Assembly: GCF_001194135.2 (NCBI RefSeq)
Contig: NC_068981.1
Location: 183,780,592 to 183,822,718 of the forward strand
Reading direction: 5' to 3'
DNA from: Octopus bimaculoides
Taxonomy: Eukaryota
Length of the DNA stretch: 42,127 nt
The notes beneath the pieces are model-generated. The model saw only the letters and a list, made by a program, of their open reading frames with translations, ran no database searches and had not been told where the DNA came from. Of this stretch, positions 12,501 through 26,300 are shown one piece after another (positions within the stretch are counted from its first letter, which is position 1; each line of letters begins with the position of its first letter). Made by a program: the position numbers and the translations under genes.

Positions 12501-15500
12501 ACATGGAGAAAAATGAATGCAGAACAACAATAGTAAAAGATGGGCAGATAAAGAACATTTCACAGAAGGGAAAGACAAAAACATTGCGATGCATTAACCA
12601 AGCAGTTGATGAGTAGAGAAAACTACTTACACATTGAGGAAATTTGAGGGGTAGATATGTCACACAATCTTGTTTTCTGTTACAAAACTCTGGCACATCA
12701 GTGAGAGCAACACCATTTCCATCATCCCAAATGTACATAGCAAGCTTAAAATAGAAGAAAATACTGTAGTTATGTCATTAGACATTACACCATAATTACA
12801 AAGGAATGACATAATTGAGTGTGGCTATTTGGATGCTAACAGTCGAGCACGGCTGACTGAACATTAAACCAGTTTTGGTGGCAGTACATATGCCACAGAA
12901 AAATACTCTAGAAGCATATTCTCTGAGTGTCCTCATCATTACCATCATTGTTGTTTAACATCTGCTTTCCGTGCTGGCATGGGTTGGACAATGTGACTGA
13001 GGACTGGCGAACCAGATGGCTGGACCAGGCTCCAATCTGATCTGGCAATATTTCTACAGCTGGATGCCTTTCCTAATGCCACCCACTCTGAGAGTGTAGT
13101 GGGTGCTTTTTACGTGCCACCGGCACAGGAGCCAGTCAGGTGGGCCTGGCTGAAAGAATTAAAAGATAAAAGATAAAATGAAGGGGTGCAAACAAAGAGC
13201 AGTTATGTTCTGATACAAAAATATCTTGCAATGGCTGCAGTTTTATGGAATTTCTTTGGTAAAAAAAAAAAAAAAAAAAATACAGTTGAGAAACAAATAT
13301 TGAAAGCAACAGGAATATTTACCTCGTGTTTCAGGTCTATGGAGAAGTCGGTTCGCATATTGCTGGGTGGCCATCGATAATGTAGACTAAAGGATGGAAA
13401 AACAGAAAACGTTGATTATTTAAGGATTTTTTGCTACATACAAGGACACAAAATACAGGAAAGTTTATTAACCAGAACTGGAAAGATGGAAAGTGCCGGG
13501 TTTATAATTTTGATCAGGACATTCATAATATAAATGAAATGATTACAATTAGGGCTGTAAATTGAAATGCAGACTTGATAGAGTCAGGAAGAATGCTTTA
13601 CAGTATTTCTTCCAGATTTTTATGTTCTCAGTTCATATCCCACAATGTACAGAGACACAGGAACTAAGTTAACAATGAGTTTGGTAATAAGATGCATTAG
13701 AAAATAGCAATTGCAGAAGTATCAAAGGCAGCAAGCGGACAAAAACGTTAGCACACCAAGCAAAAATGCTTAGTGGTATTTCGTCTGTCTTTACGTTCTG
13801 AGTTCAAATTTCGCCGAGGTCGACTTTGCCTTTCATTCTTTCGGGGTCAATAAATTAAGTACCAGTTGCGTACTGAGGTTGATATAATCGACTCCCCACC
13901 CCTACCTCCCCAAAAATGTCGGGCCTTGTGCCTAGAGTAGAAAAGAATTACAGGGGTATCAAAGTGTCAGATCAGGTTATGAAAGCTACATAAAGAGTTC
14001 ATTACTCAATTGGTTAAAATGAGGATTAACTTGGGTGTTAATGTACCCAGAACACTGAAAAATATAGTTTATTTTAAAACGGGTATCAACCTGTAGAAAC
14101 TAAGATGACAGGCCCTCTGACTCATCAAGAAGACTGCTAAGACTCCCTTCGGTCACGAATGACCATGAGATTGCACCTAGAAAGTTACCCTCCGAGGCAC
14201 AAGTCCGGGAAAGGTTGTTTATGGAAGACCAGCAGTCGCCCATGCATTACCAATCTCCCCTCTCCATGCCACCGATGTCATCTAATGGAAAGGCAAAGCC
14301 CGATACAGCTTGGCACCGGTGACATCGCAACTCATTCCTACAGCTGAGTGAACTGGAGCAACGTGAAATAAAGTGTCTTGCTCAAGAACACAACACGCAG
14401 CCCGGTCCGGGATTCGAACTCACAACCTCACGATCGTAAGCTCAATGCTCTAACCACTGAGCCATGCGCCTTCACAAGAAGACTAGCACCGTTAAATATA
14501 TGCTAACTCAAAGTGTAGCAACATAACCAGTTTATGCCTGCATAGAGAGGGAGAGGAGAGGAGGATTGGTGGGAGGAGAAGGATGGAGGATGACAATGAC
14601 AACAATGACAAGGTGAAGGCAGCGGCAGGCAGCAAATACATTGACATACAATGACAAATACAGAGGACAGCAGCAAAGACTTACCTCTTCACCAAAGGCA
14701 TGCTCATTAGAAAGCCAAGAGCCATGTTTGGGTAGGAAAACTGGCTTGGATTTTCAGCAAAAGCAAAATGATGGATTATGACTGGTGACTCATCCTGGAG
14801 AGCATTGCCAAGGAATAATGGCTGAAACAGAAGTCAAAGGAATACATGTCATTCACAGTTTTATATTCATCATCATCATCGTTACCGTTTAACGTCTGCT
14901 TTCCATGCTAGCATGGGTGGGACAGTTCCACAAGAGCCTGTCAGGCAGAAGTCTGCACTAGACTTCTGTGACTGTTTTGGCAGGATTTTTACAGCTGGAT
15001 GCTCTTCCTAACATCAACCATTCAGCAGAGTGGACTTAGTGCTTTTTACATGGCACAAGCACAGACAAGGTCAGTTTTGGCAAAGTTTTTACAGCTGGAT
15101 GCCCTTTCAAATGGCAACCACTTTACAGTGTGGACTGGGTGCTTTTAAGTGACACCTGCACTGACAGGGTCACCAAGTACTTGCAAGACAAAAAAAAAGA
15201 AAAAGAAAAAAACTAAATTTTGCGTGAGCATATATATCAGTATATCTGTCTTGCATTTCTGGGAAGAGAAACTTCCTGTTAGATAGACCATACCACTGTT
15301 GTACAAATTGACAGAACCTTTCTCTCCCTCCCTGTTTCCCTCTCTCTTGCTTTCTCTGCCATTTCTATAATAGCCTCTACTCTTTTTGACAGGTTAACTA
15401 CATACTACCTCCTCCTTAATCCACCTGATCTTCCAGCCTCCAGCCATGCTACAGCAGGTTTATCTTCATTTTAATCCAAATATTAGTGGCTGCTGATATT

Positions 15501-17659
15501 AACATATCCTACACCCACGAAACTCTAAGTAATGTGGAGGTGCATCAGACTGTTAATACACACACAGGCATGCATGCACGCATTAAGCTAGCTTGATGCG
15601 TAATCACAGGGTTGTGAGTTCCAGTCTCATAGCTGACCACCTCTTTTCAGTCAGAAGCATTTCGACCAGAGGTTCTCAACTTGGGTCCATATGATCCTTG
15701 GGGTTTCATATAAGATTTTGTTACTAAAATTCATATGCACTATACTGGTTATACTTCTATAATATACAAAATATTAAATTTATTTTTATAGGCGCAGGAG
15801 TGGCTGTGTGGTAAGTAGCTTGCTTACCAACCACATGGTTCCAGGTTCAGTACCACTGTGTGGCACCTTGGGCAAGAGTTTTCTACTATAGCCTTGGGCC
15901 AACCAAAGCCCTGTGAGTGGATTTGATAGACAGAAACTGAAAGAAGCCATCGTATGTACGTGTGTATGTGTTTGGGTGTGTTTGTCCCCCACCATTGCTT
16001 GATGATCGATGCTGGTGTATTTACATCCCTGTAACTTAGCAGTTCAGCAAAAGAGACCGATAGAATAAGTACTAGGCTTACAAAGAATAAGTCCTGGGGT
16101 CGATTTGCTCGACTAAAGGCGGTGTTCCAGCATGACCGTAGTCAAATGACTAAAACAAATAAAAGAGTAATTCCTAATAATATTTAATTATAACAAACAG
16201 TATCAGAATTTTTAAACATCAAATAGCTATGAGGGTCCTTCCGAGAAAAACAGAAACCAAAGGGGTCCATAGGTGAAAAATAGTTGAGGGCCACTGATTT
16301 AGATGCTTTTTCAGCCTCTTCTACATTGTTCTTGATGACTCTTCCGATAATTTAAGGCAAATGTAAACCTCAGCTGTAGAAATGAGTTGTCACTGGTGCC
16401 AAGCTGTATTGGTCTTTGCTTTTACCTTGGATAACATCAGTGGTATGGAGTGGCATGGGCAACTGCTGGTCTTCCATAAACAGCCTTGTCTGGACTTGTG
16501 CCTCAGAGGGGAACTTTCTAGTTGCAATCCCATGGTCATTCATGATTGAGGAGGGTTTTCTATTCTTATTTTTTTACTGCCCACACAAGGGGCTACACAC
16601 AGAGGGGACAAACAAGGACAGACAAACGGATTAAGTCGATTATATCGACCCCAGTGCGTAACTGGTACTCATTTAATTGAAACCGAAGGATGAAAGGCAA
16701 AGTCGACCTCGGTGGAATTTGAACTCAGAACGTAGCGGCAGACGAAATACCGATAAGTACTTTGCCTGACGTGCTAATGTTTCTGCTAGCTCACTGCCTT
16801 CATGATCAAGGAGGGTCTTCTATTCTATTCTATAAACCTTGTAGTACAATTAGATTTATAATCTACTTCAATGCAGTGTAAATCAATGCAGTACTAAATC
16901 TACTTAAAAGATAATACAAAACCAAACAATTTATATGTTTAAGTTACTGAAACAGATTGTAATAAAATAGACACTAAGCCAAAAAAATCAAAGCAGACAC
17001 ATACACACGCAGTCACACATGTAAATGCAGACGTGTTTACATATACACGTCATACATAAACACACAGCCAAGCTGTCACCACACACACACACACACAGAT
17101 GGTACAGCTGTCAAACACATGTAACAAGCAGACACTTCGTTGTTAGTAAGACAGTGGGAAGGACGGGGAGGAGATAGCATCCATGAATATCTTGTCCGTT
17201 CCGCCAGACTGATTAAATTAATGGGGTTGGTGACTAGTTTGAACATCTGTGTGTCCGGCATCTATAGCGTGGGGTCAGGGGAAGAAGAGAATTCCAGGGG
17301 ATGGCAGGATTGAATGATTGTTTAGTGCAGGAGTCCCCCAAAGTCGCTAAGGGTTGGCGAGGAATTACAGGGGGTCGATGATAGCCAAGGGATCGAATGG
17401 GGGTCGGCAGGTGAAAGACCAGCTCACACAGATGAACTGCTTGAAATACATAATCATACACAGGTGCAGGAGTGGCTGTGTGGTAAGAAGCTTGACTCCC
17501 AACAACATGGTTCTGGGCTCAGTACCACTGCATGGCACCTTGGGCTAGTGTCTTCTACTATAGCCTCGGGCTGACCAAAGCCTTGTGAGTGGATTTGGTA
17601 GACGGAAACAGAAAGAAACCCATTGCATATATATATAAATATATATATGTATGTATGTA

Positions 17660-17721
<62 letters not shown>

Positions 17722-17920
17722 TGTGTATATATGTATATATGTATGTACATATGTGTATATATGTATATATGTATATATATATATATGAATGTGTATATAT
17801 GTAAATATGTATGTACATATGTGTATATATGTATATATGTGTATATATATATATGTGTGTATGTGTATGTATATATGTGTATATATGTGCGCATATATAT
17901 ATATATATATGTATATATGT

Positions 17921-17960
<40 letters not shown>

Positions 17961-18009
17961 ATGTATGTATGTATATATATGTGTGTATATATATATATAT
18001 ATATGTGTG

Positions 18010-18040
<31 letters not shown>

Positions 18041-18052
18041 ATATGTGTGTGC

Positions 18053-18084
<32 letters not shown>

Positions 18085-21000
18085 GTATTTGTGTGTCTGT
18101 GTTTACATCCCCATAACTTAGTGGTTTGGTAAAATATACTGATAGGATAAGTACTAGGCTTACAAAGAAGAAGTCCTAAGGTCGATTTGTTCGACTAAAG
18201 GCGGTGCTCTAGCATGGCCATAGTCAAACGAGTGAAACAAGCAAAAGAACAAAAGCATATTTACATGCATATGTATGTGTAGATGATGATGATGATAATA
18301 TACAAACATAAATCAGCTTAAAAAAACACAACATGATAAGAAAGGATTAGAGTCAAGTGAGTCTAGTACATTAATGATTTGTTACATTAAATAAATGAAA
18401 CCACAAAAATTGAGTGACAGACAAACAGACAGAGTGGGGAAGACAGAATCATTTAATCTGCCTATCTTACACAACAATTCTCTACTTCTCACACACTTCT
18501 ATTTTCTAGGCTCTATAACATTGCAATATTTCTCTCAAAGGAATGTCATGCTGTTCTATCCTCACTTCCTGCCTCCCTCCACATCTTCAATCAAAATATC
18601 AAATTCTAACGTCACAATGTCTCAACTAATGACAGCAATAACACATATTGCTCCCAAGAGATTTCAGGAAGTGATGAAACACAAGTGGTTCTTCATGCTG
18701 AGTGACTGGTGCCATAGAAATAAGATTTGCCAAAGTGACAAACCCTAATGGTGTAACTGTGGCTGATTTTGTAGAACATTTGTTGAGATGTGAAGATTAC
18801 GATTTGAGTAAATGGTATTCCTTTCACAACCAACAACACTTTCAGCATGTTTAGGAGATATTCGGTTTCCTCAAATACAAACATACACACATACTCATAT
18901 GTATGCATGCACACACTCGTATGCATGCACATACACTCGTACGCATGCACATACACTCATACAATGCACACACACTCGTACGCATGCACACACACTCGTA
19001 CGCATGCACACACACTCGTACGCATACACACACGCTCGTAAGCATGCATATACACTCGTACGCATGCACACACACTCGTACGCATGCACACACACTAATA
19101 CGCATGCACACACACTCATACACATGCACACACACACTCATACACACGTGTGTGTGCACCCACATACACGTGCATCCATACATACAGGTGCGTGCATCCA
19201 CACATACACGTGCATCCATACATACATGTGTGTGCATCCACACATACACACACATGTGCATCCAGACATATGCATCCACACACATACACACATGCATCCA
19301 CACACACACAAGCCCATGCATCCACACACACATGCAGGCATCCACGCATGCATCCACACACGCACGCACGCATCCACACACGCACGCACGCATCCGCACG
19401 CACACACACACACACGCACGCAACATTTTCCTTTTAAGGCAAAATATGCACCTAATTCAATAAAATTATGAAGGTTACTCTGATTACTTTGCAGAACATG
19501 CAAAATATTTTAATATTTTAATTTTTTGTAGATTAGGTAGGCATAATTCGCCCCTGCTTTTCAATCTCAGTATTAAAGCTACGCATAGTTCTGCTGTAGT
19601 ACACGTGTTGCGTACATTCCTACAACGTTTTCTTTACACACTATAAAGGCAGAAGTAAATCTGCCTCCAACTCAGTCGCGCACCTGTGTTTCGCTTATTT
19701 TCTTGTGTTTTACTACATAAATGTCACCACCTGCCTACCCTGAATAATTACTGATGGCCCGTGCCTGATACATATTATACACGTACACACATATGTATAT
19801 AATGCGTATAACAACATAGCTGTACAAGACCTACCTTAGATGAATCATATTGCTTCAAAACATCCAACAGCTTAAACAAGTCCAGACGAACTTCTTCTTC
19901 ACTTATGAAAATCCAAGAATTATTTGAGAAATTTTCCACAAAGCTATAAAACAACAAGAGAGAGAGGGAGAGAGATATTGTGAAAAACAAAGGGTATTTT
20001 GGTTTGATAATGATAAATAATTACCATTAAAACAAGACATTGGTCTGCTGGAATATATCAGGGTATGAAATAACACTTGAAAACGCAGTCTATCCAATAC
20101 AGAACTAACAACCTGCTTTGGGGAGCAAGCCACATGAGACATGGCTCATCAGACAAACCACAGGTGACATGACACATGAGCAGACCACATGACACATGAG
20201 CAGACCACATGACACATGAGCAGACCACATGACACATGAGCAGACCACNNNNNNNNNNCATGAGCAGACCACATGACACATGAGCAGACCACATGACACA
20301 TGAGCAGACCACATGACACATGAGCAGACCACATGACACATAGTTCATCAGATGATGATATATATATCATCATTATTTAACATCCGTTTTCCATGCTGGC
20401 ATGGGCTGGAAGGTTTGACTGAAAACTGGTAAGCTGGGGCGCTGAACAAGATACCAATCTGATTGGGCATGGTTTCTTCAGCTGGACGCCCTCCCGAGCA
20501 CCAACCACCCCAAGAGTGTAATGGGTGCTTTTTATGTACCACCAGTCACAAAACACCAGCATCAGCCCTGACCACGGTCTCACTTGGCTTGACAGGTTTT
20601 CTCAAGCACAGTATATTGCCAAAGGTCTCAGCCATTTGTCACTGCCTCCATAAATATATATATATATATATATATATCTCATCATCGTTTAACGTCCGCT
20701 TTCCATGCTAGCATGGGTTGGACGATTTGACTGAGGACTGGTGAACCAGATGGCTACACCAGGCTCCAATCTGATTAGGGATAAAAATCCAAATTTACAG
20801 ATAAAAACTCAATTAAATTCAATTTATCAACAATTAAAATTAAATTAAGTTTCACAGTATATAATATATAAATATATAATTTAGAGAAAAGAACCAAAGC
20901 TCATGAACTCATCCATGAAAATCCACAGNNNNNNNNNNNNNNNNNNNNNNNNNNNNNNNNNNNNNNNNNNNNNNNNNNNNNNNNNNNNNNNNNNNNNNNN

Positions 21001-23318
21001 NNNNNNNNNNNNNNNNNNNNNNNNNNNNNNNNNNNNNNNNNNNNNNNNNNNNNNNNNNNNNNNNNNNNNNNNNNNNNNNNNNNNNNNNNNNNNNNNNNNN
21101 NNNNNNNNNNNNNNNNNNNNNNNNNNNNNNNNNNNNNNNNNNNNNNNNNNNNNNNNNNNNNNNNNNNNNNNNNNNNNNNNNNNNNNNNNNNNNNNNNNNN
21201 NNNNNNNNNNNNNNNNNNNNNNNNNNNNACACACACACACACACATATACACATACACAACAAGTCTCCACACAGTTTCCATCTACAAAATTCACTCACA
21301 AGGCATTGGTCACCCTGGAGCTATATAGTAAAAGATACATGCCCAAGGTACCAGGCAGTGGGACTGAACCCCAAAACCACACAGCTGTGCCGGCACCTAT
21401 TAAGCAAGAGTTTAAAAAAAAAAAAAAAAGAACTTTCTTTTTTTCTATCCAAAATTCTATTTTCCCTTTATTTGTTATTGTGGCCCAGCTTTATTCAACA
21501 TGTCTGGTAATGAGTAACATATTCTATACATAGCATGACATCAATTGCATAGAAAATTACATATGTAAGCAATATGTTCAATTATATGTCATGGAAGGCA
21601 GTAAGCTGGCAGAAATGTTAGCACAACAGACAAAATACTTATCAGTATTTTGTCTGTCTTTATTCTTCTGAGTTCAAAATCCACCGAGGTAGACTTTGCC
21701 TTTCATCTTTTCAGGGTTGATAAATTAAGTATCAGTTGCATACTGGGGTCGATCTAATTGACTGGTCCCCTCCCCCAAAAATTTTGGGCCTTGTGCCTAG
21801 AGTAGAAAAGAATATTTTAAGGAGTCAAGCTGGCAGAAACATTAGCATGCCAGGCAAAATGCTTAGCGGTATTTCATCTGTTTTTATGTTCTGAGTTCAA
21901 AATCCACCGAGGTCGACTTTGCCTTTCATCCTTTCGGGGTCAATAAATTAAGTACCAGTTGCGTACTGGGGTTGATCTAATTGACTGGTCCTCTCCTCCA
22001 AAATTTCGGGCCTTGTGCTTAGAATAAAAAAGAATTGTATGACATGGATAAATAAATAGATCTGAGATTTTTGCCAGTTACTGATGACTATAAAAAATAG
22101 TTAATAGTACAGAATATGTGCTGTTAGTATTTACATAACAAACATTTTTTAAAAAAAACATATGTAGCATATGTAGAAAATTACACAAACACACACACAC
22201 ACACACACACACACGTACAAAGCAACAAGCTTCTATCACATATTGACAACTATGATTATATAAAGTATTATTACCAATACATCTAAATAAATGCATTCAC
22301 ACACTCACACACATATTTACATAGTAACACATTTTCTGACAGACACTAACTATTATAACATTTAGCACAAATCCATTCCAAAAAAAGGCTTCTATCTATC
22401 AAGTTTGACCATTCATCTCCACATCTATGCACAGGCCTGACCAAGATATTTTCCAGGATGACTGGCAGTTGTTCATGCTTGCAAGTCTCCTTTTCTTTCT
22501 GCCACCAATGTTTATCCGAGAGAATGGCCACTGACTTGGGCCAATACAGTTTGGTAGCAGTGTCATCACAAGGATTGCTGACAAAAGGCAAAGACCTGGA
22601 ACAGATACCACAAGGTATTGTGTTGAATCCCTTTAACAATTTCACCAATCCACTGGCCTGAATACTGGTAGTTTTTTTAATTGACACTAAAAGGGCGAAA
22701 GGCAAAGTTGATTGTTGCAGGATTTGAACTTAAAATACCCAGTTAGAATGAAAGCCATGAGGCAGTCTGACATTCTGTGGTTGGCAATAGGTACAGTCAT
22801 GGCTGTGTGGTAAGAAGCTTGCTTCCCAACCACATGGTTCACTGAGTGGCACCTTGAGCAAGTTGTCTTCTACTATAGCTTCAGGCCTACCAAAGCTGTC
22901 CAAGTGGATTTGGAAGATGGAAACTGAAAGAAGCCCATTATATATATCATACATCTATGTGTGTATGTCTCTGTCTGTCCTCCCACAAGTGCTTGGTGAT
23001 GTGTTAACATCCCTGTTACTTAGCAGTTTGGCAAAAGTGGCCAATGGAATAAGTGCTAGACTTAAAAAAAAGTACTGCAGTTGATTCATTCAATCAAAAA
23101 ATATATATACATACATAGGTTAGTCTATGTTAGATGTATGAGTTCAATACTTATTGAAGTGAATATGGGGTATTTTTTTTAATAAAACTGAAACTGAGAA
23201 TTTCTCATATGAACAAAGTTTCATGCCACCTCCATCTTAAGGCAAGATCAGTTCTCACCTTAAGATCACAACGGCATTGAACACAAGTTGTGAGACAAAC
23301 TCAGTATCAGTAAAATAC

Positions 23319-23361
<43 letters not shown>

Positions 23362-26300
23362 TGAGGGTATGAGAGGTATTGGTGTCTAGAAGACCCAAAG
23401 AGTGTCGGGTAACACTAAGTAAGTGCTATGGATAGGCCATGGTTAAACTCTTGGTTCGATAATGATACAAGTGAGGAGTCTAATGTGAGTCTTGTATTAG
23501 CATGCATATATATATTAGACCAAACGAGATAACAAATCCAAGGCTGTGAGGAGTTTATAACGAAATAGTCTTACAGCTGTTTCTGGGATATTATGGATAT
23601 CCCTTCATCAGAGACGATGTGAGAAAATATTTGAGTTCTCACACCATCTCTGATGAAAGGATAGCCATAATATCCCAGAAACAGCTGTAAGACTATTTCA
23701 TTATAAATGTCCTGAAAACTTCTCACAACCTTGGATTTGTTATCTTATTCAGTAAATTATATATATATATTATACTCACACATACACACACATATGCATT
23801 TATATGATAGGCTTCCACACAGTGTCTGTCTGTCAAATTCACTTACAAGACTTGGTCGGCCCTGAAGTGTAACAGAGGACACTTGCCACACAGTGAGACT
23901 GTGGTTGTGGAAGCAAACTTCTTAAGCATACAGTCATATTAATAATGGTGGTGGTAGTGATCATCATCATCATCACTATCGACATCATCATCAGTATCAT
24001 CTCCACCACCACCGATGAGGATGATGACAACAACTGAGTGAAACAAATGTTCTTCATTATCATCATCATCATAACCGTTTAACATCCGCTTTCCATGCTA
24101 GCATGGGTTGGACGATTTGACTGTGGACTAGTGAGCCGGATGGCTGCACCAGGCTCCAATCTGATTTGGCAGAGTTTCTACAGCTGGATGCCCTTCCTAA
24201 CGCCAACCACTCCGAGAGTGTTGTGGGTGCTTTTACGTGCCACTGGCACGAAAGCCAGTCATGTGGTACTGGCAATGGCCACATTCAAAATGGTGTTTTT
24301 TATGTGCCACCTGCACAGGAGCCAGTCCAGCAACGACCTTGCTCGAATGATTTTCTAATATGCCACCAGCACAAATGCCAGTAAGGCGACACTGGTAACG
24401 ATCATGCTCAAATGGTGCTATTTGCGTGCCACTAACACGGAAGCCAGACAACTGCTCTGACAATGATTCCGTTTGGACGGCACTGCTAGCGCTCCAGTGG
24501 CACAGGTACCCGGCACGATTTCATAAAAGAATAGGAGAATGACGATGGTGGAGTGTTCATGAAATATTACTATTTGTTTAAATTGTTTCATAGAAATAAA
24601 TACTACAGACGCATTACTGGCAACAGATGGCAGTAGGATCAATTCACAGTTAGAAACCTTTCTTCAAAATCAATTAACCAAACAGCCATCAACTTCCACA
24701 CACCTATCAATATCACAAATCTATATTTCCTTGTCACGCAACAATGAGGACAGGGAAAATCACAATGGCAGTGATGATTGGTGGGGGTAGAACTAGACAT
24801 GTATCTTATGAGATAACCCACAGTAACAGTTCATGGCAGAAGTGAGACCAACCCACCAATAAAAACTGTCATTATTTTGGTGATGAAATATTTTAGAGAT
24901 GAGGAATTATGTACATTATTTACATTATTTATATTTGACGGATATTTGTTCTCATCTTGTTTGTTGTTAACACAACATTTCGGCTGATATACCTTCCAGC
25001 CTTCATCAGGATTCTCACTCCTAATTTTTCAATGTCGTTATTATTATTCCAGTCACTGCCTGGAATCGAACTCGGAATCTTAGGGTTAGTAGCCTGCACT
25101 CTTAACCACTATGCCATATGCCCGTGGGCAATTATGGAGCGAATTTTAGGACTTATAAATCTAATATTTTCCTATCCTTCCTTAATACCGGTTCCCATAT
25201 GCTACTCATATCTGCACTTGGTCTGCTTAGGAGGTTGTTGTATCCTAGCATATGTGCTGCTTCTTTTAGTTTCCTATTTTCCAGTGGTGTTCGCTGTCTA
25301 TTATTTTAACTTCATCCCACAGGGGGAGGTGGTCTCCATTTTTCCATACACAATCAGCTATGCCCAATTTATCAATATCTCCTCGTGTCACAGCTTTGCG
25401 ATGTTTGTCTACCCTTATTTGAGAGGGCAGCATGTTTCGCCTTTGTATAACCTACCACAGCAGCATGGGATGGAGTACACGCAGTTTTTAGTCATATTCT
25501 CTTCTGTTGGTGGTTTTACTCAAAGAAGATATTTGCAAAGTGTTGTATTACTTTTGAATACTGTCCTGATGTCATATAGACCGCATATCTTTTGTATCTT
25601 TTTGGAGAGGCCTTTCTCAGAATGTAGCAGTAGACGAAATACTGCTAAGCATTTTGCCTGGCGTGCTAACAATTCTTATTTCTTTACTACCCACAAGGGG
25701 CTACACACAGAGGGGACAAACAACGACAGACAAACAGATTAAATCGATTATATCAACCCTAGTGCGTAACTGGTACATCAATCCCAGTGTTCAACAGGTA
25801 CTTATTTCATCAATCCCGAAAAGATGAAAGACACAAAGTCAACCTCAGCGGGAATTTGAACTCAAAAACATGAAGATGGACTAAATGCCACTAAGTATTA
25901 CATCTGGCATGCTAATGATTCTACCAGCTCTCTGCCCAAATGATAATAATAATAATCATTATCATCATCATCACTTAACGTCCGCTTTCCATGCTAGCAT
26001 GGGTTGGACGATTTGACTGGGGACTGGCGAACCAGATGGCTACACCAGATTCCAATTTGATCTGGCAGAGTTTCTACAGCTGGATGCCCTTCCTAACGAC
26101 AACTACTCCGAGAGTGTGTAGTGGGTGCTTTTTTCGTGCCACCGGCACAAGGGCCAGTCCGGCGGTACTGGCAATGGCCACGCTCAAACGGTGTTTTTTA
26201 TGTGCTACCTGCACAGGAATCAGTCCAATGTTTTGTTCACATGCCACCGGCACAAGTGCCAGTAAGGCGAAGTTGGAAACGATGATAATAATAATAATAA

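Larger units (their letters stand above)
23527..23745. mobile_element. Inverted pair of PLE pseudo-LTR fragments (long palindrome)
   Basis: Arms 23527-23625 and 23636-23745 are reverse complements with a few substitutions and one ~10-bp indel; 10-nt spacer; each arm carries a hammerhead motif. Confidence 0.7.

Noticed and set aside
19527-19717. TGTAG..CTACA segment with TATAAA as a mini solo LTR
   Set aside because: No TSD, no polyA signal and short; compatible with chance.
4247-20342. 22-bp and 20-bp repeats as CRISPR-like arrays
   Set aside because: Units are head-to-tail with no unique spacers, there are no cas genes, and the context is a eukaryotic intron.
24957-25742. 261-aa + strand ORF
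   Set aside because: It is the antisense reading of the PLE pLTR, the EN remnant and a SINE; the recognisable protein motifs are on the minus strand.
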